64,000 nucleotides of DNA, taken from positions 512,001 to 576,000 of the forward strand of contig CAVYBH010000012.1 in assembly GCA_963766715.1 (NCBI GenBank), read 5' to 3'. Shown piece after piece: positions 9,732 to 20,254 of this stretch. The translations under genes and the position numbers were made by a program. Below the pieces are notes generated by a model. That model had not been told where the DNA came from, did not search any database, and saw only the letters and a list, made by a program, of their open reading frames with translations. Within the stretch, counting starts at the first letter, position 1; each line of letters starts with the position of its first letter. Source of the stretch: an uncultured delta proteobacterium (GTDB lineage Bacteria > Myxococcota > Myxococcia > Myxococcales > Anaeromyxobacteraceae).

Positions 9732-11222
9732 GGAGCCCCTCCCTGCATGTCGAGGAAGATGGGGCGGGGCGAAGCCGCTCCACGCAGGAGACGTCGAGAC
9801 CGTCGGCGTTGCCCTGCTTGATGAACGCGGTCACCACCCGGGGGAGGCAGCCGCGGATGAGGACGCCGTGGCCCTGACCGGGAACCGTGATCTGGCGGGA
9901 GGCGGGAAGGGATGTCGCGGCCAGGTCGGCCCAGCGCGGCGGGGTCACCGGATCGGCCTCGCCGGAGAGCAGGAGTGCCGGGACCTCCATCCGGGGCGCC
10001 TGGTGGAACGCCGGGTCGAGCGGGGCTGCGCGGCCACTCCGAGCAGAGGGTCGCGCAAGGATTCCCGCGCTTCGTTGCCGAGGAAGGTGGGCGGGGCGCC
10101 CGGGGCCGGGTCGGCGTAGAGCGGCACGTCCTCGGAGCAGAGGACCGAGAGCTGCAGGGGCCGGGACATCCCCGCCTGGATGTCGGCCACCGCGAGGATG
10201 CCCTGGGCGGCGATGGGCGCCAGGTCGCCCTCCTTCGCCTGCCGGAGCAGGGGCGGAATGAGCGCGGCCGTCTCGGGCTGGTAGAGGAACGCGAGAACCA
10301 CCTGCCGGACCGCGTCGCCGTCCACGGTGAGCTCGACCGGCTCGCCCGTGACCGGGTGGCGGGGCCTGACCTTCTCCGGCTTGCGGTCGAGGCGGGCCAG
10401 GAGCTCGCGGAAATCCTGCTCGAGGCGAGGGTAGCGTTCCCGACAGGCCTGCCTGCGCGGCGCATCGCTGGAAGAGGAGGCCGAGCGCCCGCTCCGAGTC
10501 GCGGTCGAAGTCGGCGCCGACGATCATCTGGAAGGGGGCCACGCCGTCGAGCACGAGCGTGCGAGCCCGGTCCGGGTGGGTCCGCGCGTAGGCGAGGGCG
10601 GCCCGGGTGCCGTAGCTGAAGCCCACCAGGTTCACCTTCGGGTAGCCGAGGGCGGCTCGGACGGCGTCGAGGTCGCGGACGAAGTCGGCCGTGCCGTACT
10701 TCGTCAGGTCGGCCTGGAGGGAGCGAGCGCACTCGCCCGCCTGCCTGCCCGCCTCGGCCGGGACGAGCTCCGCGTCGCGATCCGGACGGCCGATCTTGGG
10801 GCAGGCGAGCAGCCCGGAGCCCCCGGTTCCCCGCTGATCGACGAGGACGATGTCGCGCTCCCGCTGGAGCCGCTCGAAGGCAGGGGCGATCCGCGGATAG
10901 ACCTCGGTGATCGACTGCCCCGGACCGCCGGCCAGGACGAACACGGGGTCGGGCTTCGCCTCGGGGGCGTCGGACGGGATCACCGCGACCCGCAGCCGGA
11001 TCTTCCGGCCGTCTGGCCGGGCCGGGTCCTCCGGGACCTCCAGCGTCCCGCATCGCGCCGCGACCCGGGCCGCGGCGATGGGGTGCGCAAGCTGGCAGCG
11101 GGTGAGGGAAATGCCCGTGCCGGGCGGGGAGGCCAGGGCGGGAGCGGCGCCGGCCAGGAGGACCCCGGCGAGGAGGGCGAGACGACGGTCATGGCGGCCT
11201 CGGGGAGTCGGCGCGGCGCCAT
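9728..11222 (-). CDS. secreted alpha/beta hydrolase (TAP-like peptidase), frameshifted
   Basis: GGPG, VDQRGTG, GFSYG nucleophile elbow, DPVTP, GHG. Confidence 0.85.
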
Positions 11223-11224
11223 GG

Positions 11225-11614
11225 TCAGCGCTTGCCGTGGATGAGCGTCTTCACGCCGGACCGGAAGGTGACCTCGACCTTTCCCGGGTCCTTCATGCCG
11301 GAGACGAACCCCCGGCCGAACGAGGCGTGGTCGACGACGTCGCCGGTGGAGAAGAGCCCGGTCGAGGCGTACTGCCGGGGTGCGGCGGTGTAGGTCGCGA
11401 GCATCTGCTCGAAGCTCATGGTGGGCCCGCCGCGTGGGGTCCGCGTGGCGGGGCGCTTCACGGCGGTGGACGCGCCCCGGAAACGGTGGACGTTGCGGCA
11501 GGTGTTGCACTCCACCTTCACCGGGACCGCGCCCACCATGGCGATCACCGTATGTGCGAGGAGCAACTGGCACCGCGTGCAGAACGCATCGACCTCACCG
11601 CCGACCTTTGCCAT
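11225..11614 (-). CDS. hypothetical protein: zinc ribbon plus Tudor-like C-terminus
   Basis: CTRC/CNTC; GDVVDHASFGRGFV resembles the UvrD/PcrA C-terminal motif. Confidence 0.75.
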   Translation of the reverse strand: MAKVGGEVDAFCTRCQLLLAHTVIAMVGAVPVKVECNTCRNVHRFRGASTAVKRPATRTPRGGPTMSFEQMLATYTAAPRQYASTGLFSTGDVVDHASFGRGFVSGMKDPGKVEVTFRSGVKTLIHGKR

Positions 11615-11715
11615 GTGCCGCCCAGTATAGCCCCACCCGCGACGGGGCGCAGGGCGGCGTTCGATGCTAGGGTGCGCGAATGCGGAGCCAGCTGGCGGAG
11701 ATCGGGGAGTAGGGC

Positions 11716-12466
11716 GTGGGTCGGATCCGGGCGGTCCTCGAGGACTTCGGCGGCCAGGTGCTCTTCGCGGGGGAGACCCTGGCGTGGACGCTTCGCCCGC
11801 CCTTTCGCCCCGAGTTGCTCCTGCACCAGGCCGCCGCCATCGGCGTCGGCTCCACCTTCATCGTCGCCGTCACCGGCCTCTTCGCCGGGATGGTCCTCGC
11901 CCTCCAGGGCAACTACGCGATGCGGCAGTTCGGCGCGGAGGGGTACGTGGGGGGGTTCGTGGCCATCAGCCTGGTGCGCGAGCTCGGCCCGGTCTTCACC
12001 GCGCTCATGGTGACGGGCCGGTCGGGGAGCGCCATCACCACCGAGATCGGGACCATGCGGGTCACCGAGCAGATCGACGCCATGGAGTCGATGGCGGTGA
12101 ACCCGGTGCACTACCTCGTCGTTCCCCGGGTGCTGGCCGCCACGATCATGATGCCGCTGCTGGCGGTGGTCTTCAGCGCCATGGGCTACCTGGGCGGGTA
12201 CCTCATCGGCACCTACGTCTCCTTCATCCCGCCGGGCCCGTTCCTCGACCACACGAAGTCCATGGTGGACGTGAAGGACATGACCCACGGCCTGACCAAG
12301 GCCCTTCTCTTCGGGACGGTGGTCTCCCTCATCGCCACCTACCGCGGCTTCACGGCCAGCGGGGGGCGCACGGGGCGTCGGCGAGGCCACCACGCAGGCC
12401 GTGGTCTGGAGCTCGGTCTCCATCCTGGTGGTCGACTACCTGCTCACCTTCATCTCCATCGGCTGA
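11716..12466 (+). CDS. mlaE: MlaE family permease (frameshift ~12365)
   Basis: RELGPVFTALM, EIGTMRVTEQIDAMESM, YLVVPR. Confidence 0.92.
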
Positions 12467-12468
12467 CC

Positions 12469-13216
12469 ATGTCGATGATCCAGCGTGCGCGATCTATGGA
12501 AGGCGTTCGGGGACAAGGAGGTCCTGCGCGGCGTGACCGTCGACATCCCGGAAGGGACCACCTTCGTCGTCCTGGGAGCATCCGGCTCCGGGAAGACGGT
12601 CCTCCTGAAGCACGTCATCGGCCTCCTCAAGCCCGATCGGGGCACCGTCCACGTCGACGGCCTGGAGATCTCGTCCCTCACGGGCCGGGCGCTCACGGAG
12701 GCGCGGCAGGTGTTCGGGATGGTCTTCCAGGGCGCGGCCCTCTTCGACTCGATGACGGTCTTCGAGAACGTCGCCTTCCCGCTGAAGGAGAAGGAGCGCC
12801 GCCTCCCCGCCGACGAGCTGCGCGCCCGGGTCGTGGAGAGCCTCCGGGTGGTCGACCTGGGCGAGGACGTGCTGGAGAGCTGGCCGTCCCAGCTCTCGGG
12901 CGGCATGCGCAAGCGGGTGGCGCTGGCCCGGGCGCTGGTCGCGAACCCCAAGGTGGTGCTGTACGACGAGCCCACCACCGGGCTCGATCCCATCACCACC
13001 GACTCGGTCGACTCGATGATCAACCAGGCCAAGGAACGGCGCCGCGTGACGAGCATGGTGATCTCGCACGACATCGCCAGCGCATTCCGTGTGGCCAATC
13101 GGCTGGCGGTGCTCTACGATGGCCGGATCGCCGCCCAGGGGACGCCGGACGAGGTCCGGCGGAGCGACGACCCTTACGTCCAGCGCTTCCTCTCCCTCTG
13201 GTTCGAGAAGCAGTGA
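12469..13216 (+). CDS. mlaF: MlaF family ABC ATPase
   Basis: GASGSGKT, LSGGMRKRVALARA, YDEPTTGLDP; 5' frameshift. Confidence 0.92.
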
Positions 13217-13232
13217 GACGCGACCGAGACCC

Positions 13233-14814
13233 ATGCCCGAATCCTCCCCGAACCGACCGACGACCATCAACCGGGCCCTCGCCGTGGGGCTGCTGGTCGC
13301 CGTCGCCGGCGGGATCTTCCTGGTGGCCTTCACCTTCTTCCGCAAGGGGGGGCTGGCCGCCCGGGACAGCTACGCGGTCACGGCGGTCTTCGACGACGTC
13401 ACCGGCCTCTCCTGGAAGAGCCGCGTGCAGGTGGCGGGCATCCAAATCGGCGAGGTCACCGAGATCGAGCTCTCCGGGGAGAAGGCCCGCGTCACCATCC
13501 GGGTGAAGAACGACATCCCGCTCCGGGCCAACGCGTGCCTCACCAAGCGCTTCCCGTCGGCGCTGCTCCCCGACGCGCTCCTCGAGGCGAACCTGGGCAG
13601 CGCCCCCGCCCCGCTCCTGAAGGGGCTGCCGGCCGAGCAGCGGGAGATCACCTGCGTGCGCGAGGCCGCCAACGTGGCCAAGCTCATGGAGTCGCTCTCC
13701 CGCATCGCCACCGACATCCAGGTGGTCTCCTCCGACCTCGCCAAGACGGTCGGCGGCACGCAGGGAAGCGTCCGGGAGATCATCGAGAACCTCACCCACG
13801 TCACCCGCTCCGTCGACGACCTGCTCGACCAGAACGCCGGGCGGGTGGCGGGCATCCTGAAGAACACCGAGGCCTTCACCGGCGAGCTGCGCCAGATCGC
13901 CGAGCAGGACGCGGGCCGGTACCACTCCATCGCCAAGAACGTCGACGAGGCCGCCGCCCGGCTGAACCGGGTGCTGGCCTCGGTCGAGGACATCGTCGGT
14001 TCCGGACAGCCCGAGCTGAAGGAGTCGGTCCAGGGCGCACGCCAGGCCATGCAGAAGCTGAACAAGACCCTCGACGACGTGCAGTCGGTGACGAGCAAGG
14101 TGGCCGCCGGGCAGGGCGTGGCCGGCAAGCTCCTCGTCGACGAGCAACTCGGCGAGAAGGTCGGCATGGCCGCCGAGAACGTCTCCGACTACGTGAACCG
14201 CATCTCGGCCTGGCAGCTCTTCGTGAACATCCGCTCGGAGTACCTGATCAACTACGGCGGAACGCGGGCCTACTTCGGCGTCACGCTGATGCCCAAGCCG
14301 GACAAGTACTACATCCTCGAGCTGATGACCGATCCGCGCGGCTACAACACGGTGGTCAGCGAGACCGCGACCACCGTGAACCAGACGACCGGCACCTCGG
14401 TCACCACCACGACCACCCGTTCCATCAACGAGCAGCGGCTCGCCCTCACGGCCATGTTCGGAAAGCGCTGGGGCGACCTGATCGCGCGAATCGGGCTCAT
14501 CGAGAGCTCGGGCGGCGTCGGCGTCGACTACCTGCTCTTCAACGAGAAGCTGAAGCTGTCGGCCAACGTCTACGGGTGGACGCGTCCCACGGTGGACGCC
14601 TGGCCGCGCACGAAGGTGTGGCTCGACTGGCGCTTCTTCCCCAACGTCTACGTCACCGGCGGGATGGAGAACCTCTTCAACAACTACAACTCCGGGATCG
14701 GGCCGCGAGTACTTCCTCGGCGCGGGCGTCTACTTCACCGACCAGGACCTGCGGGCGCTGCTCGTCGGCGGCGGCGCGGGCGCGGCTGCCGCGGCCGCCA
14801 GCACGTCGAGGTGA
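13233..14814 (+). CDS. long MlaD/MCE family protein
   Basis: N-terminal TM, MCE motif GL..KSRVQVAGIQIGEV, helical middle, aromatic beta-strand C-terminus; frameshift ~14700. Confidence 0.88.
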
Positions 14815-14832
14815 GCCGGGGAGCGGCCTGGC

Positions 14833-16101
14833 CTACCGGCCGATGGCGTGCTGCAGCTGGGCCCAGGCGGAGGCCAGGTCGAAGACGGCCTTCACCTCCT
14901 GCGCCTGCGCGGACGTGTAGGAGGTCTGCGAGGTCGTGACGTCGATGATGGTCCCGATGCCGGCCTGGTAGCGCCCCTGGGCCAGTTCCAGGTTCTCCTT
15001 GGCCTGGGTCACCAGCGTCCGGGAGACGTCGCGCCGGGCGCGGGCCTCGTTGACGCCCGAGACCGCCTGCTCGACGTCGGTGCGGATCTGGAGGAGCAGG
15101 AGCTCCCGCTGCGCCCGGGTGGAGTCGCGGACGCCGGTCTGGGCCTCGACGCGACCGAGGTCCGCGCCGCCGTTCAGGAAGGGCCAGGTGAGGGTGCCGA
15201 GCACGTTCCAGGAGTTCGCGTCCGGCGCGGGAAGGCCGCCCGTCACCGGGAGCCGGGAGTCGTTCCAGATGTAGCTCGCGCTCACCCCGAGGATGGGGTA
15301 CCAGGCGGACTTGGCGGCCGACAGGTTCTCGTCCGCCGCGAGGATCAGCAGGTCGGCCGACCTCAGGTCCGGACGCGCGTTCTGCGGCCTCCTCCATGAG
15401 CCGGGGAACGTCGAGGTCGATGTCGTCGGGGACGCCGGCATGACGAGGGGCCGCCTGGAGACGTCCTGGCCAACCGACTGGGAGAGGGCGATGCGCGACA
15501 GGACCACCCCGTCGTGCGCCTGGATCTGCGAGATGCGCGACTGCTGCAGGTTGACGTCGGCCGAGGTGACGTCGAAGCGCGGCCGCTGCCCCACCTCGAA
15601 CTGGCCCTGGGCCAGCTCGAGCTGCTTCTGGTTCGAGTCGACGGTCTGGTCGGCCACGGCGACGAGGGCCTCGGTGGCGAGCACCGTGTAGTAGGCGGTG
15701 CGGACGCCCAGCTCGACCGCTTGCCAGGCCACGTCGACGCCGGCCCGCGCCGCGCGCTCCTGATCGCGGGCGGCCTGGTAGGCCCCCAGGGTCCGGCCGA
15801 AGTCCCAGATGGTCTGGCTGAGGGTGATGGTGGCGCCGAAGGTGGGGTAGAGCACCGAGGAGGGCGAGGCGCCGAGCGCGGTCGCCGTCCAGCCGGCCCT
15901 TCCGGAGGCCGAACCGGAGGGCAGGAAGCCCGACCGGGCGATGCCCACCTGGCCCTGCGTCTGGGTCACGCCCGCCTGGGCCTGGGCGATCTGCGGATTC
16001 GCCCGCGCCATCTCGAGTGCCTTCTCGAGGGTGAGGGGCGCGGTGCCCGACGCGGGCGCCGGAGGCGCCGCGAGCAGGAGGGCGAGGATCAGCACGTTCA
16101 T
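14833..16101 (-). CDS. TolC family outer membrane efflux protein
   Basis: Signal peptide, duplicated OEP repeats (QFEVG, RYQAG). Confidence 0.9.
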   Translation of the reverse strand: MNVLILALLLAAPPAPASGTAPLTLEKALEMARANPQIAQAQAGVTQTQGQVGIARSGFLPSGSASGRAGWTATALGASPSSVLYPTFGATITLSQTIWDFGRTLGAYQAARDQERAARAGVDVAWQAVELGVRTAYYTVLATEALVAVADQTVDSNQKQLELAQGQFEVGQRPRFDVTSADVNLQQSRISQIQAHDGVVLSRIALSQSVGQDVSRRPLVMPASPTTSTSTFPGSWRRPQNARPDLRSADLLILAADENLSAAKSAWYPILGVSASYIWNDSRLPVTGGLPAPDANSWNVLGTLTWPFLNGGADLGRVEAQTGVRDSTRAQRELLLLQIRTDVEQAVSGVNEARARRDVSRTLVTQAKENLELAQGRYQAGIGTIIDVTTSQTSYTSAQAQEVKAVFDLASAWAQLQHAIGR

Positions 16102-17327
16102 TCGAACCTCAGTGCGGTGATGGGATCGAGGCGGGAGGCCTTGTGGGCGGGGTACAGCCCGAAGACCACCCCCACGAGCCCGCTGAAGCCGACCGCGATC
16201 GCGATGACGTCAGGCCGGTAGAGGACCTCCCAGCCGAAGCTGGTGGCGAGCCGCCAGGCGCCGAAGACGCCGAGCGCCACGCCGATGAGGCCGCCCGTCA
16301 CGGCGAGGGCGAGCGCCTCGACGAGGAACTGGAGCCGGATGTCGGCCGGCTTGGCGCCGACGGCCATGCGCAGCCCGATCTCCCGGGTCCGCTCGGTGAC
16401 CGAGACCAGCATGATGTTCATGATGCCGATGCCGCCCACCAGCAGCGAGACCGCGGCGATGGCGGCGAGCAGGGTGGTGAGCGTGCGCGTGCCCTCCTGC
16501 TGGGCGCTCGCCACCTCCGACAGGTTGCGGATGGAGAAGTCGTCGTCGGCTCCCAGCGGGAGGCGGTGGCGATCCCGAAGCAGCGCGCGGATCTGGCTCT
16601 CGGCCCTCGCGGTGGTGTCGGCGCCGGTGGCGCTCACCGCGAGGCTTCCCTGGATGAAGTTCTTGAGCCCGCCCTGGATCTTCTGGAGGAAGGTCGAGAC
16701 GGGCACGATCACGATGTCGTCGTAGTCCTGTCCCCATTGCGACTGGCCCTTCTTGGCCAGCACGCCGATGACCGTGAAGGGGACGTTCTTGATCCGGATG
16801 GTCTGGCCGGTGGGGTTCGAGTTCGCCCCGAAGAGCTTGTCGGCGACGGTCTGGCCCAGGACCGCGACCTTGGTCCCCGTGTCGACGTCCGACTGGGTGA
16901 GGAGCTCGCCCTGGACCGCAGGCCAGGTGCGGATCTGGAAGTACTCCGGGGAGGAGCCGAGCACCTGGGTGCCCCAGTTCTGGTCCTCGGACATGACCTG
17001 GGCGTTCGTCCGCAGCTGCGCGGCGGCGGCGCGGACGGTGGGGACCTCGGTCTGGATGGCCCGCAGGTCGTCCCAGGTCAGCGTCGGAAGGGAGCCGAAG
17101 CCCCCCATGGCGCCGCCGGCGGTGCTCGAGCCGGGGATGACGATGAGCATGTTCGAGCCCATGGCCGCGAAGGCCGCCTCGACCCGGGCCTTCGCCCCGT
17201 CGCCGATGGCCACCATCGCGATCACGGCGGACACGCCGATGACCACGCCCAGCGTGGTGAGGAAGGAGCGCATCTTGTTGCGGGTGAGCGCGCGCAGGGC
17301 CACGCGCAGGGTCTGGAGAGGATTCAC
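16098..17327 (-). CDS. MacB-family ABC permease
   Basis: NKMRSFLT, GGIGIMNIMLVSVTERTREIG, YPAHKAS. Confidence 0.95.
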   Translation of the reverse strand: MNPLQTLRVALRALTRNKMRSFLTTLGVVIGVSAVIAMVAIGDGAKARVEAAFAAMGSNMLIVIPGSSTAGGAMGGFGSLPTLTWDDLRAIQTEVPTVRAAAAQLRTNAQVMSEDQNWGTQVLGSSPEYFQIRTWPAVQGELLTQSDVDTGTKVAVLGQTVADKLFGANSNPTGQTIRIKNVPFTVIGVLAKKGQSQWGQDYDDIVIVPVSTFLQKIQGGLKNFIQGSLAVSATGADTTARAESQIRALLRDRHRLPLGADDDFSIRNLSEVASAQQEGTRTLTTLLAAIAAVSLLVGGIGIMNIMLVSVTERTREIGLRMAVGAKPADIRLQFLVEALALAVTGGLIGVALGVFGAWRLATSFGWEVLYRPDVIAIAVGFSGLVGVVFGLYPAHKASRLDPITALRFE

Positions 17328-18070
17328 GGAGGGTCCTCCTCGTCCTCCGGGCCGGCGGGGGGGACTTCCGCGGCCCGGGGGGTCTGACGCTCGTCGGAGA
17401 GGATGTGGCCGTCCCGCATGACGATGACGCGGGAGGCGTACTGGGCGATGTCCGGCTCATGGGTGACGAGCACCACCGTGATGCCGCTGCGCCCCAGCTC
17501 CTGGAAGAGCGCCATCACCTCCACGCTGGTGCGCGAGTCGAGGTTTCCGGTGGGCTCGTCGGCCAGGATGACCCGCGGCTCGGTCACGAGCGCCCGGGCG
17601 ATGGCCACGCGCTGCTGCTGGCCACCCGACATCTGGTTGGGGTGGTGGTCGGCGCGGCTGGCGAGGCCGACACGCGCCAGGGAGGCCGACGCGCGGCGGT
17701 GCCGATCCGCGCTGCCCACGCCGCCGTAGAGGAGGGGGAGCTCGACGTTCTCGAGCGCGCTCGTCCGGGCCAGGAGGTTGAAGCTCTGGAACACGAAGCC
17801 GATGGTCCGGTTGCGGACCTCGGCGAGCCGCTCGGTGGAGAGGGTCGAGACCTGCTCGCCCTCGAGGAGGTAGACGCCGGAGGTGGGGCGATCGAGCAGG
17901 CCGACGATGTTCATCAGCGTCGACTTGCCCGACCCGGACGCGCCCATGACGGCGGTGAACTCACCTTGCGTGATGGAGAGGGACACGCCCCGGAGCGCGT
18001 GCACCTGCACGTCGCCCATCCGGTAGACCTTGGCGACGTTCTCCAGCCGGATGAGGGGTGCTTGCGTCAT
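17324..18070 (-). CDS. MacB/LolD-type ABC ATPase
   Basis: GASGSGKST, SGGQQQRVAIARAL, ADEPTGNLD. Confidence 0.95.
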   Translation of the reverse strand: MTQAPLIRLENVAKVYRMGDVQVHALRGVSLSITQGEFTAVMGASGSGKSTLMNIVGLLDRPTSGVYLLEGEQVSTLSTERLAEVRNRTIGFVFQSFNLLARTSALENVELPLLYGGVGSADRHRRASASLARVGLASRADHHPNQMSGGQQQRVAIARALVTEPRVILADEPTGNLDSRTSVEVMALFQELGRSGITVVLVTHEPDIAQYASRVIVMRDGHILSDERQTPRAAEVPPAGPEDEEDPP

Positions 18071-18080
18071 GGTCACGCGC

Positions 18081-19361
18081 CTACAGCCCGCGCCGGAGGT
18101 TCTGGAGGTTCGGCGAGCCAGCCCCCAGGACGTCGGTGATCACCAGCTCGCCGGCCTTCAGGTCGCCCTCGACGACCTCGGTGAAGGTGCCGTCGGAGAT
18201 GCCGGTCTTGATCTTCTGCTGGGCCGGCTTGTCCTGGTCGAGCGTCCAGACGGTGCGTCGATCCGGTGCCTCGCCGGGGCGACCGGCGCCCGCGCCGGGG
18301 CGCTGCGCGCCGGGGCTTCCGTTGGCCGCGCCGGCCCCCGGCGCTGCGCCCGGAGCGCCCGGTCGACCGCCCCCGGCGCTCTTCGCGTCGGCGAGCAGGG
18401 CGGGCGGGGGACGGAAGCGCAGGGCGGAGTTCGGCACCTTCAGGACGTCGTCCTTCTCGGCGTAGACGAAGGTCACGTTCGCGGTCATGCCGGGCTTCAG
18501 CTTGAACTCGGGGTTGGCGACGTCGATGACCGCGTCGTAGGTCACCACGTTCTGGACGGTCTGCGGGGCGTTGCGGATCTGCCGGACCGTCCCGCGGAAG
18601 ACCTCGCCCGGGTAGGCGTCGACGGTGAAGGACGCGGGCATGCCGGACCGGAGGCGCCCCACGTCGGCCTCCGCCACGCTGGTGTCGACCTGCATCTTGG
18701 CCAGGTCCTCGGCGATGACGAAGATGGTGGGCGCCTGGAGCGAGGCCGCCACCGTCTGGCCCACGTCGACGCTCCGGGAGATGACGGTGCCGCTCGTGGG
18801 CGAGACGATGTTCGTGTAGGCGAGGTTCACCTCGGCCGACTGGAGCGCGGCGCGGGTCTGGGCGACCGACCCCTCCGCCGCCGCCACCTGGGCGTCGAGC
18901 CCGTCGGCGTTGGCCTGGGCGGTGTCGAGATCGGCCTGGGCGTTCAGCTTCCGGGCCGCCAGCTCCTTCTGCCGCACGTACTGCCGGCGGGCGTCCACGG
19001 CCTGGACCTTGGCCTTCGCGAGGTTGCCCTGGGCCGCCACCAGGTTGGCCCTCGCCTGGTCGACCGACGCCTGGAAGAGGGCAGGGTCGATCTTGGCGAT
19101 GAGCTGCCCCTTCTTCACGGGCGAGTTGAAGTCGGCGTAGAGAGCGGCGATCCGGCCGGAGACCTGGCTGCCCACCTGGACGGTGACGATCGCCGAGAGG
19201 GTCCCGGAGGCCGTCACCTTGGCGACGATCTTCCCCTTCTCGACCTTGGTCGTCTCGAACTGGAGCTTGGGCTTTCCAGACCCAGCCTGCCAGCGCCAGA
19301 TGCCGATGGCTGCGGCCGCGACGACGACGGCGAGGACGATGAAGATGCGGCGCTTGGTCAT
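18081..19361 (-). CDS. MacA-like periplasmic adaptor
   Basis: VQVGSQVSGRI, VGQTVAASLQAP, LKPGMTA. Confidence 0.93.
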   Translation of the reverse strand: MTKRRIFIVLAVVVAAAAIGIWRWQAGSGKPKLQFETTKVEKGKIVAKVTASGTLSAIVTVQVGSQVSGRIAALYADFNSPVKKGQLIAKIDPALFQASVDQARANLVAAQGNLAKAKVQAVDARRQYVRQKELAARKLNAQADLDTAQANADGLDAQVAAAEGSVAQTRAALQSAEVNLAYTNIVSPTSGTVISRSVDVGQTVAASLQAPTIFVIAEDLAKMQVDTSVAEADVGRLRSGMPASFTVDAYPGEVFRGTVRQIRNAPQTVQNVVTYDAVIDVANPEFKLKPGMTANVTFVYAEKDDVLKVPNSALRFRPPPALLADAKSAGGGRPGAPGAAPGAGAANGSPGAQRPGAGAGRPGEAPDRRTVWTLDQDKPAQQKIKTGISDGTFTEVVEGDLKAGELVITDVLGAGSPNLQNLRRGL

Positions 19362-19518
19362 GAGGGCGGGTTCCGTTGCGAGAGGAGCTGGGCCCCGGGA
19401 GGGCCGTGGGGCGGGGCGAATCTTAGGCGGGCAGGGCCGGGGTGATACCAAATTCCGGTGAAGAAACGTGAAGTCCCGGAGGTGCCAACCGGAGAGGCGC
19501 GACTATACTTCCCGCCGC

Positions 19519-20046
19519 ATGAGGCCCTGGCTGAAAGTCGCACTCCTGGTCGCATTCGCCGGCGTCGCCGCCCTTTGGCTCGTGCCCTCGCCAGGTCCGG
19601 ACGCCGCCCAGGTGGGTCGGCCGGCGCCGGCGCTCACGCTCCGGGACCTGGGGGGGCGAGAGGTGACGCTTGCGGGGCTGCGGGGGCGCGCCGTCGCGCT
19701 CAACTTCTGGGCGACCTGGTGCCAGCCCTGCAAGGAGGAGCTCCCGGCCCTGGCCGAGGCCTGGCGGGAGGCGCGGAGCACGTGCGTGACGTACGTCGGG
19801 GTCACCGAGGAGTCGAGCCGGGACGATGCCGCGGCCGAGGTGGCGCGGCACGGGGTCCTCTACCCGGTGGTCCTCGACGCCGACGGGGAGGTCGCAAGGT
19901 CCTACGGGGTCACGGTCCTTCCGCGCACCGTCCTCATCGACGCGGAGGGAACGGTTCGCCGGGTCTTCTCCGGCCGGGTCTCCCGTGCGCAGATCGAGGA
20001 GGCGCTGGCCCCGCTCGTCCCCGCCTCCTGTCCGAGGAACGGATGA
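19519..20046 (+). CDS. TlpA/ResA-like thiol:disulfide oxidoreductase
   Basis: NFWATWCQPC, N-terminal membrane anchor. Confidence 0.9.
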   Translation: MRPWLKVALLVAFAGVAALWLVPSPGPDAAQVGRPAPALTLRDLGGREVTLAGLRGRAVALNFWATWCQPCKEELPALAEAWREARSTCVTYVGVTEESSRDDAAAEVARHGVLYPVVLDADGEVARSYGVTVLPRTVLIDAEGTVRRVFSGRVSRAQIEEALAPLVPASCPRNG

Positions 20047-20254
20047 CCCCGCCGGCGAGGCGCTGCCCGGTCTGTGGAACACCGTCCACCGCCAAGGGAC
20101 GGGAACGCGGCCTGGCCGTTCTGCTCGGATCGCTGCCGGCTCCAGGACCTGGGGCGCTGGCTCGGAGAGACCTACCGGATTCCCGGGGAGCGCGCCGGCG
20201 ACGGCTCGACCAGCCCCCGCCGGCAACGAAGGGGACGGGGAGGGGGACGGATGA
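20043..20254 (+). CDS. yacG: DNA gyrase inhibitor YacG (frameshifted)
   Basis: CPVC...PFCSDRCRLQDLGRWL..YRIP. Confidence 0.85.

Noticed and set aside
2652..9821. Long antisense and alternate-frame ORFs here and throughout the window
   Set aside because: They are Arg/Pro/Gly-rich shadow ORFs expected at this GC content.
11680..11715. In-frame TAG near the mlaE 5' end as amber readthrough
   Set aside because: A GTG at 11716 with a GGGGAG RBS explains the gene, and no pyl genes are present.
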